From UHGV virus genome UHGV-0179878: DNA of 43,949 nt; one strand, 5' to 3'. This document shows, piece by piece, positions 41,961 to 43,949 of the stretch; position 1 is the stretch's first letter; the number at the start of each line of letters is the position of its first letter. Source of the DNA: a virus. The notes beneath the pieces are model-generated. The model had not been told where the DNA came from and searched no databases. It worked only from the letters and a program-made list of their open reading frames with translations. The translations under genes and the position numbers were made by a program.

Positions 41961-43169
41961 TTATAAAGAGTATTGACCGTCAAATACAACGTAATCTGTG
42001 TCTGTATAAACGTCATTTTCGTTAGTGTGTATTTCTATATCCCCGTTCACAATAATAACTTTAGGTGGCGTTTTAGCTATCGTAGAAACACCTGTTTTAT
42101 ATACCTTATAATTGTTGTATTTTTGAGGTATGGAAGCGACAACGTTTTTACCATTTATTAGCCCTTTGACACCTAAACGTATATATACAGTTTCAGAACC
42201 TGGTTGACCTTTTATTTTATAAGATGGTGTATATCCGGCTTCAGTATAAGTTTGATATCCGTTTTTTAAAGTTAACGGTAACCAACTAGTATTAGTAGTT
42301 TTAGGTTTCAATTGTTCTAATTGTTCTTGGGTAAAGTCACTATACGTGAAAGACTTTCCGTCTACCCCATCTTTACCAGGAATACCTTGAATACCCTGTT
42401 CGCCTTTTAAATCTGCAAGTTGTTCTGATGTAAAATCTTCATAACGGAACGGCTCTCCTTTAGGACCTTGTAATCCGGTTTCTCCTTTTTCTCCTTGAAT
42501 GCCTTGAGGACCTTGTAAGCCTTGTTCTCCCTTTAAATTAGCGAGTTGCTCTGGCGTGAAATCTTCGTATCGGAAAGGTTCCCCTTTAGGTCCCTGCAGA
42601 CCAATTGAACCTTGAACACCCTGCTCTCCTTTGAATGTATCAGCATTTTCTTCCATATATACTTTCAAATCGTTCTCTAACTTATCTTTGAAATCATCAT
42701 CTAATAATCCTATAGCATTCTCTTTCATAACGTTTCTAACTAAATCTTGTAATGAATCTACATGTACTTCTTTACCAATCGGTCCGGTCATTCCACTGTC
42801 TTTGATGGTGAAATAAAAGTTAGCAACGTGAACACTATCTTTATTATTAGCTAAAAATAACTTTGCATCCATTTTACCGGCATGTTTAATAACGTTGTCA
42901 GACACCTTGTATTGAATAACGCCACCTTCGGGTAAAACAATTTCTATTGGTTCGTTAGTGAATATAGAACCGTCTGAACTAAATAAGTCTAAACGAGGAA
43001 CCATATCAGTTTTATTGAAATCTAATACTTCGTTGTTATCTCTGATAGTGATTCTTATATAAGCTGATCCGTCATCTTCTGTATAAAAATTAGCGCCAAT
43101 AAAACCGTTCTCAGCTGTACTAACGTTAATGTTAGTAGCTACATCTGTAAGTTTTTGTAACATATACAC
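41961..43169 (-). CDS. Tail fibre protein with collagen-like Gly-X-Y repeats.
   Basis: 402 aa. Two near-identical units of about 40 aa, GEQG(L/V)QG(S/P)(I/Q)G(L/I)QG(P/E)KGE(P/T)...FRYEDFT(P/S)EQLA(N/D)LK, reflected as about 120-bp DNA tandem repeats. Confidence 0.75.
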   Translation of the reverse strand: MYMLQKLTDVATNINVSTAENGFIGANFYTEDDGSAYIRITIRDNNEVLDFNKTDMVPRLDLFSSDGSIFTNEPIEIVLPEGGVIQYKVSDNVIKHAGKMDAKLFLANNKDSVHVANFYFTIKDSGMTGPIGKEVHVDSLQDLVRNVMKENAIGLLDDDFKDKLENDLKVYMEENADTFKGEQGVQGSIGLQGPKGEPFRYEDFTPEQLANLKGEQGLQGPQGIQGEKGETGLQGPKGEPFRYEDFTSEQLADLKGEQGIQGIPGKDGVDGKSFTYSDFTQEQLEQLKPKTTNTSWLPLTLKNGYQTYTEAGYTPSYKIKGQPGSETVYIRLGVKGLINGKNVVASIPQKYNNYKVYKTGVSTIAKTPPKVIIVNGDIEIHTNENDVYTDTDYVVFDGQYSL

Positions 43170-43216
43170 ACCTCTTTCAATTATTAAAGGCTACTCACTG
43201 TCAGTGAATAGCCTTG

Positions 43217-43949
43217 TTATCTATATTTATCTCTAATGTAATACATACCTTTTAAACCAATTTGTTTATATAAATTATTAATTGTAATAGCTTGATGTTG
43301 AGCCCACTCTATAGCAGTAGCATATTGATGTGTAGCAGGATGTTTAGGGTTCCATCTAATTCTATATAATGTGTTTTGTCCTTTGTTGATGTAGTCTTTT
43401 CTCACGAAACTAGCTCCACCCATAATAGCTTTTGCTGGAGTAGTCCAACCTCTTTTTCTAGCGAATGTCATTGAATAATTAGGGTTGTTATCATATGCAC
43501 CGATACCAAAGTAGTTATAAGCCCCATATCTACCACTAGCGAAGTTACTTCGGCCATATCCACTTTCTAGGAAAGCATGAGCGATTAAATATATCTCGTT
43601 AATATTATTCTTTTTACACCCCTCAGCAAATGCTTTACCTTGACCGGATAGGGTGCCTTTACCTTTAAGTATCTTGTTTAATTTACTTACTGATATACCT
43701 TGATACTTACCTAAATCTAGCATTTGATACCTTTGTACTGAACTATTCCATATAGTGTTAGGGTTCATATACTTACTTGTTTGTGACCTAGAAGCATTTC
43801 CCCAACCCCAACTATAAGATTTTTGAGGCATGCCATGAGCCATTTGTGCATTAAGTGCTTGTTGGAAAGTATATTTACTTTTCTCTACAACTACACGAGG
43901 TTTATTTGAAGTTCTATTTGTCTTTTTGCCTTTTTTGTCTGTTGGTTTA
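43217..43949 (-). CDS. Virion-associated peptidoglycan hydrolase, 3' part: C-terminal GH73/LYZ2 glucosaminidase domain. Its 5' continuation is at 1..1070 of this window.
   Basis: ...IYLIAHAFLESGYGRSNFASGRYGAYNYFGIGAYDNNP... is the mannosyl-glycoprotein endo-beta-N-acetylglucosaminidase signature. The frame is open upstream to the window end and matches the frame leaving position 1. Confidence 0.75.
   Translation of the reverse strand, partial: KPTDKKGKKTNRTSNKPRVVVEKSKYTFQQALNAQMAHGMPQKSYSWGWGNASRSQTSKYMNPNTIWNSSVQRYQMLDLGKYQGISVSKLNKILKGKGTLSGQGKAFAEGCKKNNINEIYLIAHAFLESGYGRSNFASGRYGAYNYFGIGAYDNNPNYSMTFARKRGWTTPAKAIMGGASFVRKDYINKGQNTLYRIRWNPKHPATHQYATAIEWAQHQAITINNLYKQIGLKGMYYIRDKYR

Noticed and set aside
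41961-42016. 56-nt overlap between ORF 41597..42016 and the tail fibre gene.
   Set aside because: The internal ATG at 41948, preceded by RBS AAGGATG, gives a non-overlapping gene. The longer ORF start is unlikely.
39724-43949. A second, partial prophage (tail hydrolase, fibre, holin, amidase) lying in tandem next to the first prophage's integrase.
   Set aside because: The hydrolase reading frame leaving position 1 continues in frame, without stops, from position 43949. The joined gene has a typical HydH5-like length and the circular gene order is the standard phi11 order. A single circularly permuted genome is more parsimonious.
1-43949. tRNA, rRNA, CRISPR arrays, transposase or IS elements.
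   Set aside because: I saw no cloverleaf-like GC-rich segments, no repeat-spacer arrays and no transposase-like ORFs. The only mobile elements recognised are the group I intron and the homing endonuclease genes.

Overview
The window reads as a complete, circularly permuted genome of a temperate Staphylococcus siphovirus (phi11/80alpha-like, pac-type), 43,949 bp. It is AT-rich and almost every gene is on the minus strand. Reading the minus strand from about 36370 down through position 1, wrapping to 43949 and on down to about 39724, the order is a normal phage map. It runs: cro-like gene, antirepressor, recombination and replication genes (DUF1071-like SSAP, SSB, HNH, replisome organizer with internal iterons, DnaB helicase), many small early ORFs, dUTPase, RinA/ArpU late activator, TerS/TerL, portal, head genes, connectors, major tail, G/GT chaperone with a -1 slippery site, tape measure, Dit, Tal with a C-terminal SGNH esterase, a pectate-lyase-fold fibre, BppU, a CHAP-GH73 virion peptidoglycan hydrolase, a collagen-repeat tail fibre, phi11-type holin and a CHAP-Amidase_3-SH3b endolysin. 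The lysogeny module is on the plus strand (36546..39368): a short HTH repressor, an ImmA-like metallopeptidase, a lipoprotein and a large serine integrase, followed by an inverted-repeat and terminator region that probably holds attP. The hydrolase reading frame runs off position 1 and resumes in frame at 43949, so the window ends are most likely an arbitrary cut of a circular genome rather than two tandem prophages. Main points for a second look: (i) a 983-nt group I intron carrying an HNH-AP2 homing endonuclease splits the CHAP domain of the virion hydrolase at the catalytic Cys; (ii) a 5-bp tandem duplication frameshifts the serine integrase at its catalytic N-terminus; (iii) an unusual 530-bp non-coding gap lies between rinA and terS, with terminator hairpins and a reverse small ORF; (iv) a plus-strand membrane-protein moron with its own terminator; (v) three HNH nucleases, putative origin iterons, and a mapped divergent cI/cro promoter-operator region. 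I found no tRNA, rRNA or CRISPR.
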